The notes below the pieces were generated by a model, which worked only from the letters and a program-made list of their open reading frames with translations, was not told the origin of the DNA and searched no databases. A stretch of 64,000 nucleotides of DNA from Candidatus Nealsonbacteria bacterium (GTDB taxonomy: Bacteria > Patescibacteriota > Minisyncoccia > Minisyncoccales > JAGMDC01): NCBI GenBank assembly GCA_030612885.1, contig JAUWMZ010000002.1, forward strand, positions 80,923 through 144,922, in the 5' to 3' direction. Below are positions 1 to 8,849 of this stretch, piece by piece (within the stretch, counting starts at the first letter, position 1; the number at the start of each line of letters is the position of its first letter). The position numbers and the translations under genes are program-made.

Positions 1-1499
1 AAATTTTCCTGCTTTTGCTCAACATTTCCTTTGTTTAATTCAACAAGCTGGGCTTGAAGCTGATTTAAAATATTCTGAATCTCTTCAATTTTGGAAGTAA
101 TTTCTTGTTTGGTCATTTCCGAAATCGGCTTTTCCAAAAAGTTCGGTTTTTCTTCTTTTTCCTTTTCTTCAACAGCAGTAGCAGAGGCCTCCCAGAAAAA
201 TGGAAAACTCGGTTCCGGGTTTAAAAATTCAGATGTTTTGCTTTGGATGGAAGGAATAATAATAACAGAGGTAATTTCTTTTCCAAAATCTGAAATAAAA
301 ATTTCTCCTCTTTGGTTTTCATCTAATTGAAAAAAATTAATATTGTATTTGCCAAAAGAATCCTTGGTAAGATAGGGTATTTTGAATAAATTTTCAGGGT
401 TGCCAATAAAGTTTATTTTCAGGTTTCCGTCTCCGCCAATAATCTTATACCAATTGCCGGCCCAGTTTTTGGTTGTCTGGCTTACTCCTAAACTACTTTT
501 GCCTGTTAGAGGCAGAAAATTAAAAGAAGGAGTTATTTTCAAATTTTTTAAATTCTTATTTTGATAACAGTATTTTTTTCCTAAATCACAGTCGTTAACT
601 AAAACAGTAATTGTCCAATTAGTAAAGACATCGGAAAAGTTTTCTCCAAAGCCGTTTTTCTTTAGAGCATAATTTAAACTGTTAATTCCTTTCTTTTCTG
701 TCCTCATTGAATCAGTCAAGATTTCTATTCCGTATTGTTCAACTAAATATTGGGTAAAAAGATTAAGAACACCGTAATCAGAAAGAGCGTTCTGCCATTC
801 GGTGAGGGAATCGGTGGGGTCGGCTAGAAAGAGTTTCACTCTTCCTTCAAGATTACTATTTTCATAGATATCATCATAACCGAGTAAAGTAGGAGCATAT
901 TCTGCCCTGGCTTCATTGAGCCATACTTCTTCTTCTATTTCCTGTTTTACATTCTTTTGATAAAAAGTGATTAGATGAGTAAATTCGTGAGCCAAGAGGC
1001 TTTTAGAATATGATTGATTAATATAAAGAGCGTTGAGATAAACCATTTCTTTTTCATTTGAGTTAGGAACTTGTATTTTTTCATATTCGTCAGCGCTTCT
1101 AAAATATCCTCCGGCTTCTTCAATCATTGGATGAATCAGAATCGTTAGGCGGCTGTCTTTATCAATTCCCGGCTTCCATTCAGAACCGTAAAAAGAAGTT
1201 AAGGTTGGATATATTCTGCTGTGAAATTCCTGGTCTAAATCTTGAAGAGATTGTTTTATTTTATTTTTTTCCTCAACATTTAAAGAATTCCAGTAATCGC
1301 TGTCAATGAAAAAATAGATTTCTTTTCCTATTCTTTGAAGGAGAGCAGATATTTCTTCTCTTTCAGATGAATCATAAGAAGAATCAACAAAAAAGGAATG
1401 TTTTTCGCCTAAAAAAACAGCTGAAGCAGAAAAAGGCAGGTAAAGAAAAAATACTGTAGTTATAAAAAAAATAATTTTTATCTTTGTAATCTTTGCCAT
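1..1499 (-). CDS. secreted HExxH metallopeptidase-like protein (C-terminus cut by window edge)
   Basis: Missing from the ORF track because it runs off the window. ATG (rc) at 1497-1499, and the frame stayed open to nt 1 in my hand translation. N-terminal signal/TM MAKITKIKIIFFITTVFFLYLPFSASA; HEFTH zinc motif near nt 975-990. Confidence 0.6.
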   Translation of the reverse strand, partial: MAKITKIKIIFFITTVFFLYLPFSASAVFLGEKHSFFVDSSYDSSEREEISALLQRIGKEIYFFIDSDYWNSLNVEEKNKIKQSLQDLDQEFHSRIYPTLTSFYGSEWKPGIDKDSRLTILIHPMIEEAGGYFRSADEYEKIQVPNSNEKEMVYLNALYINQSYSKSLLAHEFTHLITFYQKNVKQEIEEEVWLNEARAEYAPTLLGYDDIYENSNLEGRVKLFLADPTDSLTEWQNALSDYGVLNLFTQYLVEQYGIEILTDSMRTEKKGINSLNYALKKNGFGENFSDVFTNWTITVLVNDCDLGKKYCYQNKNLKNLKITPSFNFLPLTGKSSLGVSQTTKNWAGNWYKIIGGDGNLKINFIGNPENLFKIPYLTKDSFGKYNINFFQLDENQRGEIFISDFGKEITSVIIIPSIQSKTSEFLNPEPSFPFFWEASATAVEEKEKEEKPNFLEKPISEMTKQEITSKIEEIQNILNQLQAQLVELNKGNVEQKQEN

Positions 1500-1615
1500 T
1501 TTTTCATGGTAGCATATTTTCTAAAAATTTGCTATGATAGAAATGGCCGGGAGGCAGCACTCACTAAAGACTTAGAATTGGAGTAAACTCTCCCGGCCAC
1601 TTTAATAAATGATCA

Positions 1616-2713
1616 ATGATAAATAAATTATTGCCAGGTCTTAGAAAAAATATTTTATTAAAGAACTATACCACTTTTCATATTGGTGGTCCGGCAAAAT
1701 ATTTTTATACAGCAAAGAACAAAAATGACTTAATCAAGGCAGTAAAGGCAGCAAAAGAATTAAAGCTGCCTTTTTTTGTTTTAGGAGGAGGAAGCAATGT
1801 CCTCGTGGCAGATGATGGATATGATGGATTAGTAATAAAATTCCAAAGTTCAAATTACAAGTTCCAAACAAATTCTAAAATCCAAAACGCAAAAATTTAT
1901 ATTGAATCTGGAATGCCTTTATCTTTATTAGTTTCCAAAACAGCAGAGAAAGGACTAACTGGTTTAGAGTGGGCAGTAGGGATTCCTGGTACAGTTGGCG
2001 GAGCCATTAGAGGAAATGCCGGCGCCTTTGAACAGTCAATGAATAATATCGTAAAAAAGGTAGAAGTTTTGTCTATCCGGGAAGCCATCCCGGCGCTACG
2101 GGATGGCTTCCCGCAGGAAATTAAAACTTTCAGAAACAAGGATTGTAAATTTAAATACAGAGATAGTATTTTTAAACACAACAAGAACTTGATAATTCTT
2201 TCAGCAGAAATTGAATTAAAAAAAGGAGATAAAGAAGAGATTAAAAAAAGAGTAAAAGAGAATCTAAAATGGAGAAAAGACAATCAGTCCTTAGATTTTC
2301 CATCAGCCGGCTCAGTATTTCAAAATGTAAAATTAAAAAGGAACAAGTTCCTCGCAAGCGAGAGCAAAAATGAAAAATTACAAAGCAAAATTAAAAAAGA
2401 TAAAAATTTAAAATCAATAATTAAAAACAATATAATTCCTGCGGGTTACCTTATTGAGAAATGCGGATTAAAAGGAAAAAAGATTGGCAAGGCTCAGATC
2501 TCTGAAAAACATGCTAATTTTATTGTTAATTTAGGAGAAGCAAGAGCAAAAGATGTTTTGGGATTAATAAATTTAGCAAAAAGAAAAGTAAAACAAAAAT
2601 TCGGTGTTGAACTGAAAGAAGAAATAGAATATCTTACCACGAATAAAATCACGAATTACAATCACACACCGCTAATTATATCACGAATTATAATCCCTAA
2701 TTATCACGAATAA
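1616..2713 (+). CDS. murB: UDP-N-acetylenolpyruvoylglucosamine reductase
   Basis: MurB motifs TFHIGGPAKYF, LGGGSNVL, SAGSVFQN, AGYLIEKCGLKG. Extra segments at ~2072-2120 and ~2330-2440, plus a C-terminal tail encoded by TCACGAAT repeats. Confidence 0.85.
   Translation: MINKLLPGLRKNILLKNYTTFHIGGPAKYFYTAKNKNDLIKAVKAAKELKLPFFVLGGGSNVLVADDGYDGLVIKFQSSNYKFQTNSKIQNAKIYIESGMPLSLLVSKTAEKGLTGLEWAVGIPGTVGGAIRGNAGAFEQSMNNIVKKVEVLSIREAIPALRDGFPQEIKTFRNKDCKFKYRDSIFKHNKNLIILSAEIELKKGDKEEIKKRVKENLKWRKDNQSLDFPSAGSVFQNVKLKRNKFLASESKNEKLQSKIKKDKNLKSIIKNNIIPAGYLIEKCGLKGKKIGKAQISEKHANFIVNLGEARAKDVLGLINLAKRKVKQKFGVELKEEIEYLTTNKITNYNHTPLIISRIIIPNYHE
2079..2117. repeat. GC-rich hairpin inside murB sharing a 19-mer with terminator 7269-7291
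   Basis: GGGAAGCCATCCCG-GCGCTA-CGGGATGGCTTCCC. The rc of 2099-2117 equals CCTGCGGGAAGCCATCCCG at 7269-7287. Confidence 0.85.
2336..2364. repeat. 29-nt segment AAAAGGAACAAGTTCCTCGCAAGCGAGAG, copy 1 (in murB)
   Basis: Identical to 61348-61376. Contains the mini-hairpins GGAAC-AA-GTTCC and CTCG-CAAG-CGAG. Confidence 0.9.
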
Positions 2714-2810
2714 ATTATTAGTGAATATTCGTTATTGAAATTAGAGATTGATTAGTGGTTTAGTGATTTAAATTAGTGAATTATTAGTGGTTAGGTTATC
2801 CACATTGACA
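2637..2810 (+). repeat. iteron-like array: (T/C)CACGAAT x4, TTAG(T/A)G(A/G) x6, then TTATCCACA-TTGACA
   Basis: CACGAAT copies at 2637, 2649, 2681, 2704. TTAGTG/TTAGAG copies at 2718, 2741, 2752, 2760, 2773, 2784. DnaA-box 9-mer at 2796-2804. Confidence 0.7.
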
Positions 2811-3029
2811 AACTTTTTTAAAATGAAAAAATAAAGTAATAGATCTTCTTTAAAATTTTTGCTCGCCTAATTTTTAAAAAATTTTGGCGAGCGGGCAAAT
2901 AAGAAGTCGAATATTTGCCTTAACAGAATAGTTATTTCTGAAAGCATAAAATATGCTCTTTCTGAAATAATTAAATAAAATGGCAAAGAAAAAAAAGAAA
3001 AAGAAGAAGAAGTAAATTTCTTCTCCAAT

Positions 3030-3096
3030 CCCGCACCTTTTCTAGACAGAAGCCAAAGGCTTCAAAAATTCAAAGCAGTCCAGAAAAGGTGCGGGG
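3030..3096. repeat. GC-rich palindromic element, family 1 (termini CCCGCACCTTTT / AAAAGGTGCGGGG)
   Basis: 18-bp arms with one mismatch, an inner hairpin GAAGCC-AAA-GGCTTC, then a T run. Lies just upstream of secA. Confidence 0.8.
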
Positions 3097-3132
3097 TTGT
3101 TTTTTTATAAAAATCTGTTAAAATTAGGCGTA

Positions 3133-5640
3133 ATGAAGGTTTTGTCTAAACTCTTTGGCGATGCCAATGAAAAATATTTAAAGAAAATTCAGCCAATCGT
3201 TGACCAGATAAACAACCTCGAACAAGAGTTCGAGGGTTTTTCTGGTGAAAAGCTTCGTTTGGAGTCAGAAAAATTCAAAGAAGAATTAAAAAATGGCAAG
3301 ACGCTTGATGATATATTGCCAAAGGCATTCGCCTTAGCAAGAGAAGCAGCTAAAAAAACCTTAAATCAAAGGCATTTTGATGTTCAGCTAATCGGAGGCA
3401 TTGTTCTGCACCAAGGCAAAATCGCGGAAATGAAAACAGGTGAAGGAAAAACATTGGCATCTACTTTGGCGATTTATTTGAACGCTTTAACCGGCAAAGG
3501 AGTTCATGTAGTAACAGTTAATGATTATTTGGCCAAAAGAGACACGGTTTGGATGGGACAAATTTATCATTTGCTTGGTTTGTCAACAGGTTGTCTGGTG
3601 CATGATACGGCCTGTATTTATGATCCAGAATTTCAGCAGGAAAATCAAAACAATGATTCAGAACTCAAAACTAATGAAAGAGATAAAGAACGGGATACTT
3701 TGGGCGGATTTAAAGTTATTGAAAGTTATTTAAGACCTTGTTCCAGAAAAGAAGCATATGGCGCGGATATTACTTATGGCACTAACAATGAATTTGGTTT
3801 TGATTGTTTAAGAGATAATATGGTTTATGACTTAAAAGATAAAGCCCAGCGTGATTTTAATTTTGCCATTATTGATGAAGTTGACTCAATTTTAATTGAT
3901 GAAGCCAGAACCCCTTTAATTATTTCAGCTCCGGATGTAGAGGCAACAAAAATGTATTCAGAGTTTGCCAGTATTATTCCGAAACTAAACAAAGAAACCG
4001 ATTATGAAATTGATGAAAAAATGAAAGCTGTTACCCTAACTGAATCGGGCATTGAAAAAATAGAGAAAATTTTAGGTATGGAGAATATTTATCAGGAAAA
4101 AGGCATGAAATATTTACATCATTTAGAGCAATCTCTCCGCGCTCAAGCCCTTTTTAAGAAAGACAAGGATTATGTGGTAAAAGATGGTCAGGTTATTATT
4201 GTTGATGATTTTACCGGCCGTTTGCTTCCTGGCCGCCGTTATTCCGGAGGATTGCATCAAGCAATTGAGGCAAAGGAAGGAGTAGCAGTTCAGCCGGAAT
4301 CAAAAACCTTGGCTTCCATTACTTTTCAGAATTACTTTCGGCTTTATGATAAATTAGCAGGAATGACAGGAACAGCCGCCACTTCAGCAGAAGAATTTGA
4401 CAAAGTTTATAGTTTGGAAGTAGTGATTATACCAACAAACAAACCAATGGTTCGTGAGATATCGCCGGATAGAATTTATAAAACTGAAAACGGAAAGTTT
4501 AAGGCAGTGGTGGCAGAGATTAAAGCAAGGTATGAAACAGGCCAGCCAGTTTTAGTTGGTACCACTTCTATTGAGAAAAATGAATATCTTGGCAAATTAT
4601 TAGATATAGAAGGAGTTCCTCATCAGATTTTAAATGCCAAGCATCACCAGAAAGAAGGAGAAATTATTGCCCAGGCAGGCAGATACAATGCAGTGACCAT
4701 TGCTACAAATATGGCTGGCAGGGGAGTTGACATAATTTTAGGCGGTAATCCGTTTGACAAAAAAGAAGCAGAAAAAGTTATTAAAAGCAAAGGGCTTTGC
4801 GTTATCGGTACAGAGAGGCATGAAGCGAGGAGAATTGACAATCAGCTTAGGGGACGGTCTGGCAGGCAGGGTGACCCTGGCTCTTCACAGTTTTTTGTCT
4901 CTTTGGAAGATGATTTGCTAAGGATTTTCGGCGGAGAGAGAATCCAGAAGATGATGGAAATGCTGAAAATTCCGGAAGACCAGGCGATTGAAGCCAAAAT
5001 GGTTTCTGGAGTAATTGAATCAGCTCAGGAAAAGATTGAAGGAATGAATTTTGATTTAAGAAAACATTTATTGGATTATGATGATGTTTTAAACAAACAT
5101 CGGGATGTAATCTATAAAAAGCGGAGAGAAATCTTAGAGACAGGAAGCGAAGAGCGAAAAGCCAAAATTATAGAAATGGTTAAAAAACAGGGAAAGACAG
5201 AGCAAGATTATGAGAAAAAAGAAAAAGAAATAGGTGAAGAAAATATGAGAAAAGTGGAAAAGATTATCAGCTTGCGGAGTTTGGATTTCCTTTGGATGGA
5301 TCATTTGGAAAATATGGAGTATTTAAGGGATTCTGTCCGCTTGCGCGCTTATGGTCAGCAGGATCCCTTGGTAGAATACAAAAATGAAGGCCATAAAATG
5401 TTCCGCCAGCTTCTTAATATGATTGAGACCAATATTGTAGATACTCTTTTTAGGGTTAGTTTGACCAAACCAGAAGAAAAAGCTGTTCCTAGTCCTGGGT
5501 TGCAGTTCAGCCAGCCGTCTTTTTCTGCACCATCTCGTAACGAGGCCGGGCCTCGTAAAAACAAACCAGGTCGAAATGATACCTGCCCCTGCGGCAGCGG
5601 CAAAAAGTACAAAAAGTGCTGCTGGCCCAAATACGGATAA
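3133..5640 (+). CDS. secA: preprotein translocase ATPase SecA
   Basis: DEVDSILIDEARTPLIIS motor motif and C-terminal Zn finger CPCGSGKKYKKCC. ATG 3133 (MKVLSKLFGD) is preferred over the track's TTG 3097, which lies in a hairpin element. Confidence 0.95.
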   Translation: MKVLSKLFGDANEKYLKKIQPIVDQINNLEQEFEGFSGEKLRLESEKFKEELKNGKTLDDILPKAFALAREAAKKTLNQRHFDVQLIGGIVLHQGKIAEMKTGEGKTLASTLAIYLNALTGKGVHVVTVNDYLAKRDTVWMGQIYHLLGLSTGCLVHDTACIYDPEFQQENQNNDSELKTNERDKERDTLGGFKVIESYLRPCSRKEAYGADITYGTNNEFGFDCLRDNMVYDLKDKAQRDFNFAIIDEVDSILIDEARTPLIISAPDVEATKMYSEFASIIPKLNKETDYEIDEKMKAVTLTESGIEKIEKILGMENIYQEKGMKYLHHLEQSLRAQALFKKDKDYVVKDGQVIIVDDFTGRLLPGRRYSGGLHQAIEAKEGVAVQPESKTLASITFQNYFRLYDKLAGMTGTAATSAEEFDKVYSLEVVIIPTNKPMVREISPDRIYKTENGKFKAVVAEIKARYETGQPVLVGTTSIEKNEYLGKLLDIEGVPHQILNAKHHQKEGEIIAQAGRYNAVTIATNMAGRGVDIILGGNPFDKKEAEKVIKSKGLCVIGTERHEARRIDNQLRGRSGRQGDPGSSQFFVSLEDDLLRIFGGERIQKMMEMLKIPEDQAIEAKMVSGVIESAQEKIEGMNFDLRKHLLDYDDVLNKHRDVIYKKRREILETGSEERKAKIIEMVKKQGKTEQDYEKKEKEIGEENMRKVEKIISLRSLDFLWMDHLENMEYLRDSVRLRAYGQQDPLVEYKNEGHKMFRQLLNMIETNIVDTLFRVSLTKPEEKAVPSPGLQFSQPSFSAPSRNEAGPRKNKPGRNDTCPCGSGKKYKKCCWPKYG

Positions 5641-5666
5641 ATCTTAAATTTTAAACTAGAAATTTT

Positions 5667-6371
5667 ATGAAAAAATTAGTTTTATTTGATATAGATAAAA
5701 CATTAATTAAGCATTCTGATGCTCACATATCGGCATTTTCTGAAGCTCTCAAGAAAGTATATGGCATAGATAGTAGTATTGATGTTATTAATTACGATGG
5801 ATTAACAGATCAACTTATAATAATTGAAGTTCTAAAGAAGAACGGACTTGATGATGATACGATAAAATTAAAATTAAAAGATTGTATGAAAGTAATGATA
5901 GATTTTTTTAATAAAATTGTTGATAATGATCCAATTATTTTATTAGATGGCGTCAAGAAATTATTAGAAGAATTAAGAAAGGATAATGTTTTATTGGGAT
6001 TAGTTACCGGCAGTTTAGAACCTATAGCCAAAAGCAAACTTAAAAAAGTCAGCGTGGATTCTTATTTTAAACTCGGTGGATTTGGTAGTGACGATATGGA
6101 TAGAACTAAATTAATAAAAATAGCAATCAAAAAAGCAGAAGATAATTTTGATTTTAGATTTAGTGATAATGTTTTTCTTGTAGGAGATACTCCTCGAGAT
6201 ATAAAAGCCGGAAAAGAAGCAAGAGTAAAAACAATTGGAGTAGCAACTGGTATTTATTCAAAAGAAGATTTAGAGAAATCAGGCGCTGATTTTGTTTTAG
6301 AAAACTTAAAAGATAAAAATAGATTTTTAGAAATAATTTATGGCAATTATAAAAAAGAAAACTTGGTCTAA
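5667..6371 (+). CDS. HAD-superfamily phosphatase
   Basis: Motif I FDIDKTL (DxDxT), LVTGS, GDTPRDI. Confidence 0.75.
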   Translation: MKKLVLFDIDKTLIKHSDAHISAFSEALKKVYGIDSSIDVINYDGLTDQLIIIEVLKKNGLDDDTIKLKLKDCMKVMIDFFNKIVDNDPIILLDGVKKLLEELRKDNVLLGLVTGSLEPIAKSKLKKVSVDSYFKLGGFGSDDMDRTKLIKIAIKKAEDNFDFRFSDNVFLVGDTPRDIKAGKEARVKTIGVATGIYSKEDLEKSGADFVLENLKDKNRFLEIIYGNYKKENLV

Positions 6372-6600
6372 AGATTTTGAATTAATAAAATCTAAAAAGA
6401 AAAGATTTGAATTTAGATTGGCTGATTTTAAAGTTAAACAAGGCGATACTTTAATTCTCGAAGAATGGGATCCAAAGAAAAAAGAATATACTGGCAGAAA
6501 AATTCAAAGAAAAGTAAAATTCTTTTTAAAGTTTAATCTCAATGATTTCGGTCAAAAAAGAGAACTTGAGAAAAAAGGATTTTACATAATCCAGTTTTAG
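6340..6600 (+). CDS. ASCH/DUF3850-like small protein
   Basis: 86 aa. The pattern KKRFEFRLADFKVKQGDTLILEEWD resembles DUF3850/ASCH PUA-like proteins. Overlaps the HAD gene by 32 nt. Confidence 0.5.
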   Translation: MAIIKKKTWSKDFELIKSKKKRFEFRLADFKVKQGDTLILEEWDPKKKEYTGRKIQRKVKFFLKFNLNDFGQKRELEKKGFYIIQF

Positions 6601-6605
6601 ATAAA

Positions 6606-7265
6606 ATGTTTTTCTTTTCAATATTTCCAACAGGATGCCTGATTTTAATTATAGCTATTTTCTTTCTGCCCATTCTTTTTGTTTTGGGCTTTTTTCATAT
6701 TATTACTATTGGTTTCGGGAGGCTAGGCATTTCACCAGAAGCAACATTTTTGCTGCTTCTTTTAATTTTATTCGGTTCCTTAGTAAATATCCCTTTAACC
6801 AGAAAGAAATTGGTTCAGGTTAAAGAATATCGCTTTTTTGGTTTTTTTGCCAAACCGAATTTAATGATTCAAGGCCTGGCTATTAATTTAGGCGGCGGGG
6901 TTATTCCTCTTTTACTCTGTATTTTCTTTTTGTCTAAAATTCCATTAGAACCAGTTTTAGCAGCTACTGTTTTTATGGTAATTATCTGCTATTATTTGGC
7001 TCGGATTGTTCCAGGCAGGGGAATAACTTTGCCTTTTTTTGTTCCGCCTGTTTTTTCAGCTATTTTTGCCTTAATTTTAGCCCCTGGATTTGCTGCTTCC
7101 TGTGCTTTTGTCTCTGGCGTTTTAGGAGTTTTAATCGGCGCTGATATTTTGAATATCAGAAAAGCCCAAAAACTAAGTCCGGGCTTTATTTCTATTGGCG
7201 GAGCTGGCGTCTTTGACGGTATTTTTTTAGTGGGCATTGTTTCCGCTCTCTTAACCAGCTTTTAA
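6606..7265 (+). CDS. polytopic membrane protein, DUF1614-like
   Basis: 219 aa and multi-TM; Gly-rich loop NLGGGVIPLLL and IGADILN resemble DUF1614. Confidence 0.45.
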   Translation: MFFFSIFPTGCLILIIAIFFLPILFVLGFFHIITIGFGRLGISPEATFLLLLLILFGSLVNIPLTRKKLVQVKEYRFFGFFAKPNLMIQGLAINLGGGVIPLLLCIFFLSKIPLEPVLAATVFMVIICYYLARIVPGRGITLPFFVPPVFSAIFALILAPGFAASCAFVSGVLGVLIGADILNIRKAQKLSPGFISIGGAGVFDGIFLVGIVSALLTSF

Positions 7266-7268
7266 AAA

Positions 7269-7291
7269 CCTGCGGGAAGCCATCCCGCAGG
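7269..7291 (+). terminator. hairpin CCTGCGGGA-AGCCA-TCCCGCAGG followed by a T7 run
   Basis: Perfect 9-bp stem followed by TTTTTTT, 4 nt after the stop at 7265. Two more GC hairpins follow at 7301-7329 and 7348-7370. Confidence 0.75.
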
Positions 7292-7420
7292 TTTTTTTAT
7301 TTCGGAGACGGGATATTCCCGTCGCCGAAAGAACTTGCCCGAAGGGATGCCCCACCCTTTAGGTGGGGCAGTTCATTTGACAATTTGGATTTAAAGGATA
7401 CAATAAGATAATATTAAAAT

Positions 7421-8845
7421 ATGTCCAAAAAGAGAAATCGCATCATCATTATTCTTATATTTATTCTGGCTTTTTTGGCAGGAAATTTTGTTGAACCAAA
7501 GTATTGGAATAATACAGCTGATATTATTAATGCCAAGAAAAATGAGATTAAATATGTTGAGCGCTTAACTAATATCCCTCAAATGCCTCAAAAAGATTTT
7601 GTCTTGGGTCTGGATTTACAAGGAGGTACTCATTTAGTATATGATGCAGATATGTCCAAAATCGAAAAAGAGGACTATGCTTCTTCTTTGCAAGGATTAA
7701 GAGATGTTATTGAAAGAAGGGTTAATCTTTTCGGAGTTACCGAGCCGGTTGTTCAGATTCAAGAAACCCCGGGACATCACCGTTTAATTGTAGAATTGGC
7801 TGGTATAGAAGATCCAGCCAAAGCAATTGAGATGATTGGCCAGACACCTTTCTTGGAGTTCAGAGAGCAGAAAGATAATATTGAAGAGATTATGGCTAAG
7901 AGGGAAGAGGTAAATAAAGAATTGCAAGCAGGAAAAAGTTTTGAAGAAATACAAGCCATTGAAAATTGGGAATTAGCTTTTGAAGACCATTTTAAGCCAA
8001 CTGATTTAACTGGAAAATACCTTGAAAAAGCAGAAATGAGTTTTGGCCAAACCGCTTATGAGCCTTTGATTTTACTCCAGTTTGATGAAGAGGGTTCAAA
8101 AATGTTTGAAGAATTGACAGAAAAAAACATTGGCAGGCCTTTAGCTATTTATATTGATAATATTATGATTTCCAGCCCCACTGTTCAGGAGAAAATTTCT
8201 GGAGGAAAAGCTCAAATTACTGGCAAGTTTACTTTAGACGAAGCAAAAGAATTGGCTCGCAATCTTTCTGCCGGCGCATTGCCGGTTCCTATAAATTTAA
8301 TTTCCCAGCAAACAGTAGGACCAACTTTAGGAAAAATTTCTTTGGAAAAATCATTGACAGCAGGAATTTTCGGTTTTTTGGCTGTTTTATTGTTTTTAAT
8401 ACTTTTCTACCGCTTGCCAGGGATATTGGCTTCTGTGGCTTTATTGATTTATGTTATCTTGGTTTTAAGTATATTTAAGCTCATGTCAGTTACTTTAACT
8501 TTGGCTGGAATTGGCGGATTTATTTTATCTATTGGTATGGCTGTGGATGCTAATGTTTTGATTTTCTCTCGTCTAAGAGAGGAATTAAAAGAAGGAAAAA
8601 CTTTTTCTCAAAGTGTGGAGCAGGGCTTTAATAGGGCCTGGCCTTCTATTAGAGACGGGAATTTAACTACTTTAATTGTAGCTGTTATTTTATTTTCTTT
8701 CGGAACAAGTTTTGTAAAAGGTTTTGCCTTGACTTTGAGTTTGGGAATTCTTTTAAGTATGTTTTCCGCTATTTTTATTACCAAGAGTTTTTTACAATCA
8801 TTTGAAGGTACTCGTTGGGAAAAGTTTCAACGATTATGGAGATAA
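7421..8845 (+). CDS. secD: protein translocase subunit SecD
   Basis: LGLDLQGG motif, large periplasmic domain, C-terminal 6-TM block. Confidence 0.9.
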   Translation: MSKKRNRIIIILIFILAFLAGNFVEPKYWNNTADIINAKKNEIKYVERLTNIPQMPQKDFVLGLDLQGGTHLVYDADMSKIEKEDYASSLQGLRDVIERRVNLFGVTEPVVQIQETPGHHRLIVELAGIEDPAKAIEMIGQTPFLEFREQKDNIEEIMAKREEVNKELQAGKSFEEIQAIENWELAFEDHFKPTDLTGKYLEKAEMSFGQTAYEPLILLQFDEEGSKMFEELTEKNIGRPLAIYIDNIMISSPTVQEKISGGKAQITGKFTLDEAKELARNLSAGALPVPINLISQQTVGPTLGKISLEKSLTAGIFGFLAVLLFLILFYRLPGILASVALLIYVILVLSIFKLMSVTLTLAGIGGFILSIGMAVDANVLIFSRLREELKEGKTFSQSVEQGFNRAWPSIRDGNLTTLIVAVILFSFGTSFVKGFALTLSLGILLSMFSAIFITKSFLQSFEGTRWEKFQRLWR

Positions 8846-8849
8846 AGCT

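Noticed and set aside
1897-2283. Antisense and shadow ORFs in the track, for example 1897..2283(-), 12038..12469(-), 38686..38985(-), 48849..49286(-), 55314..55652(-), 59051..59422(-), 63713..63925(-).
   Set aside because: All lie opposite well-supported genes, have low-complexity or odd composition and lack motifs. They are typical long antisense frames of AT-rich coding DNA.
2980-3015. Mini-ORF MAKKKKKKKKK followed by a large hairpin plus T-run upstream of secA; considered as a SecM-like or attenuator-type leader peptide.
   Set aside because: There is no SD, the sequence is just an A-rich run in an AT-rich spacer, and the hairpin belongs to a repeat family found elsewhere. The evidence is insufficient for a leader peptide.
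3097-3132. TTG start of secA in the ORF track (MFFYKNLLKLGV...).
   Set aside because: It begins inside the T-run of the palindromic element at 3030-3096. The conserved SecA N-terminus starts at ATG 3133.
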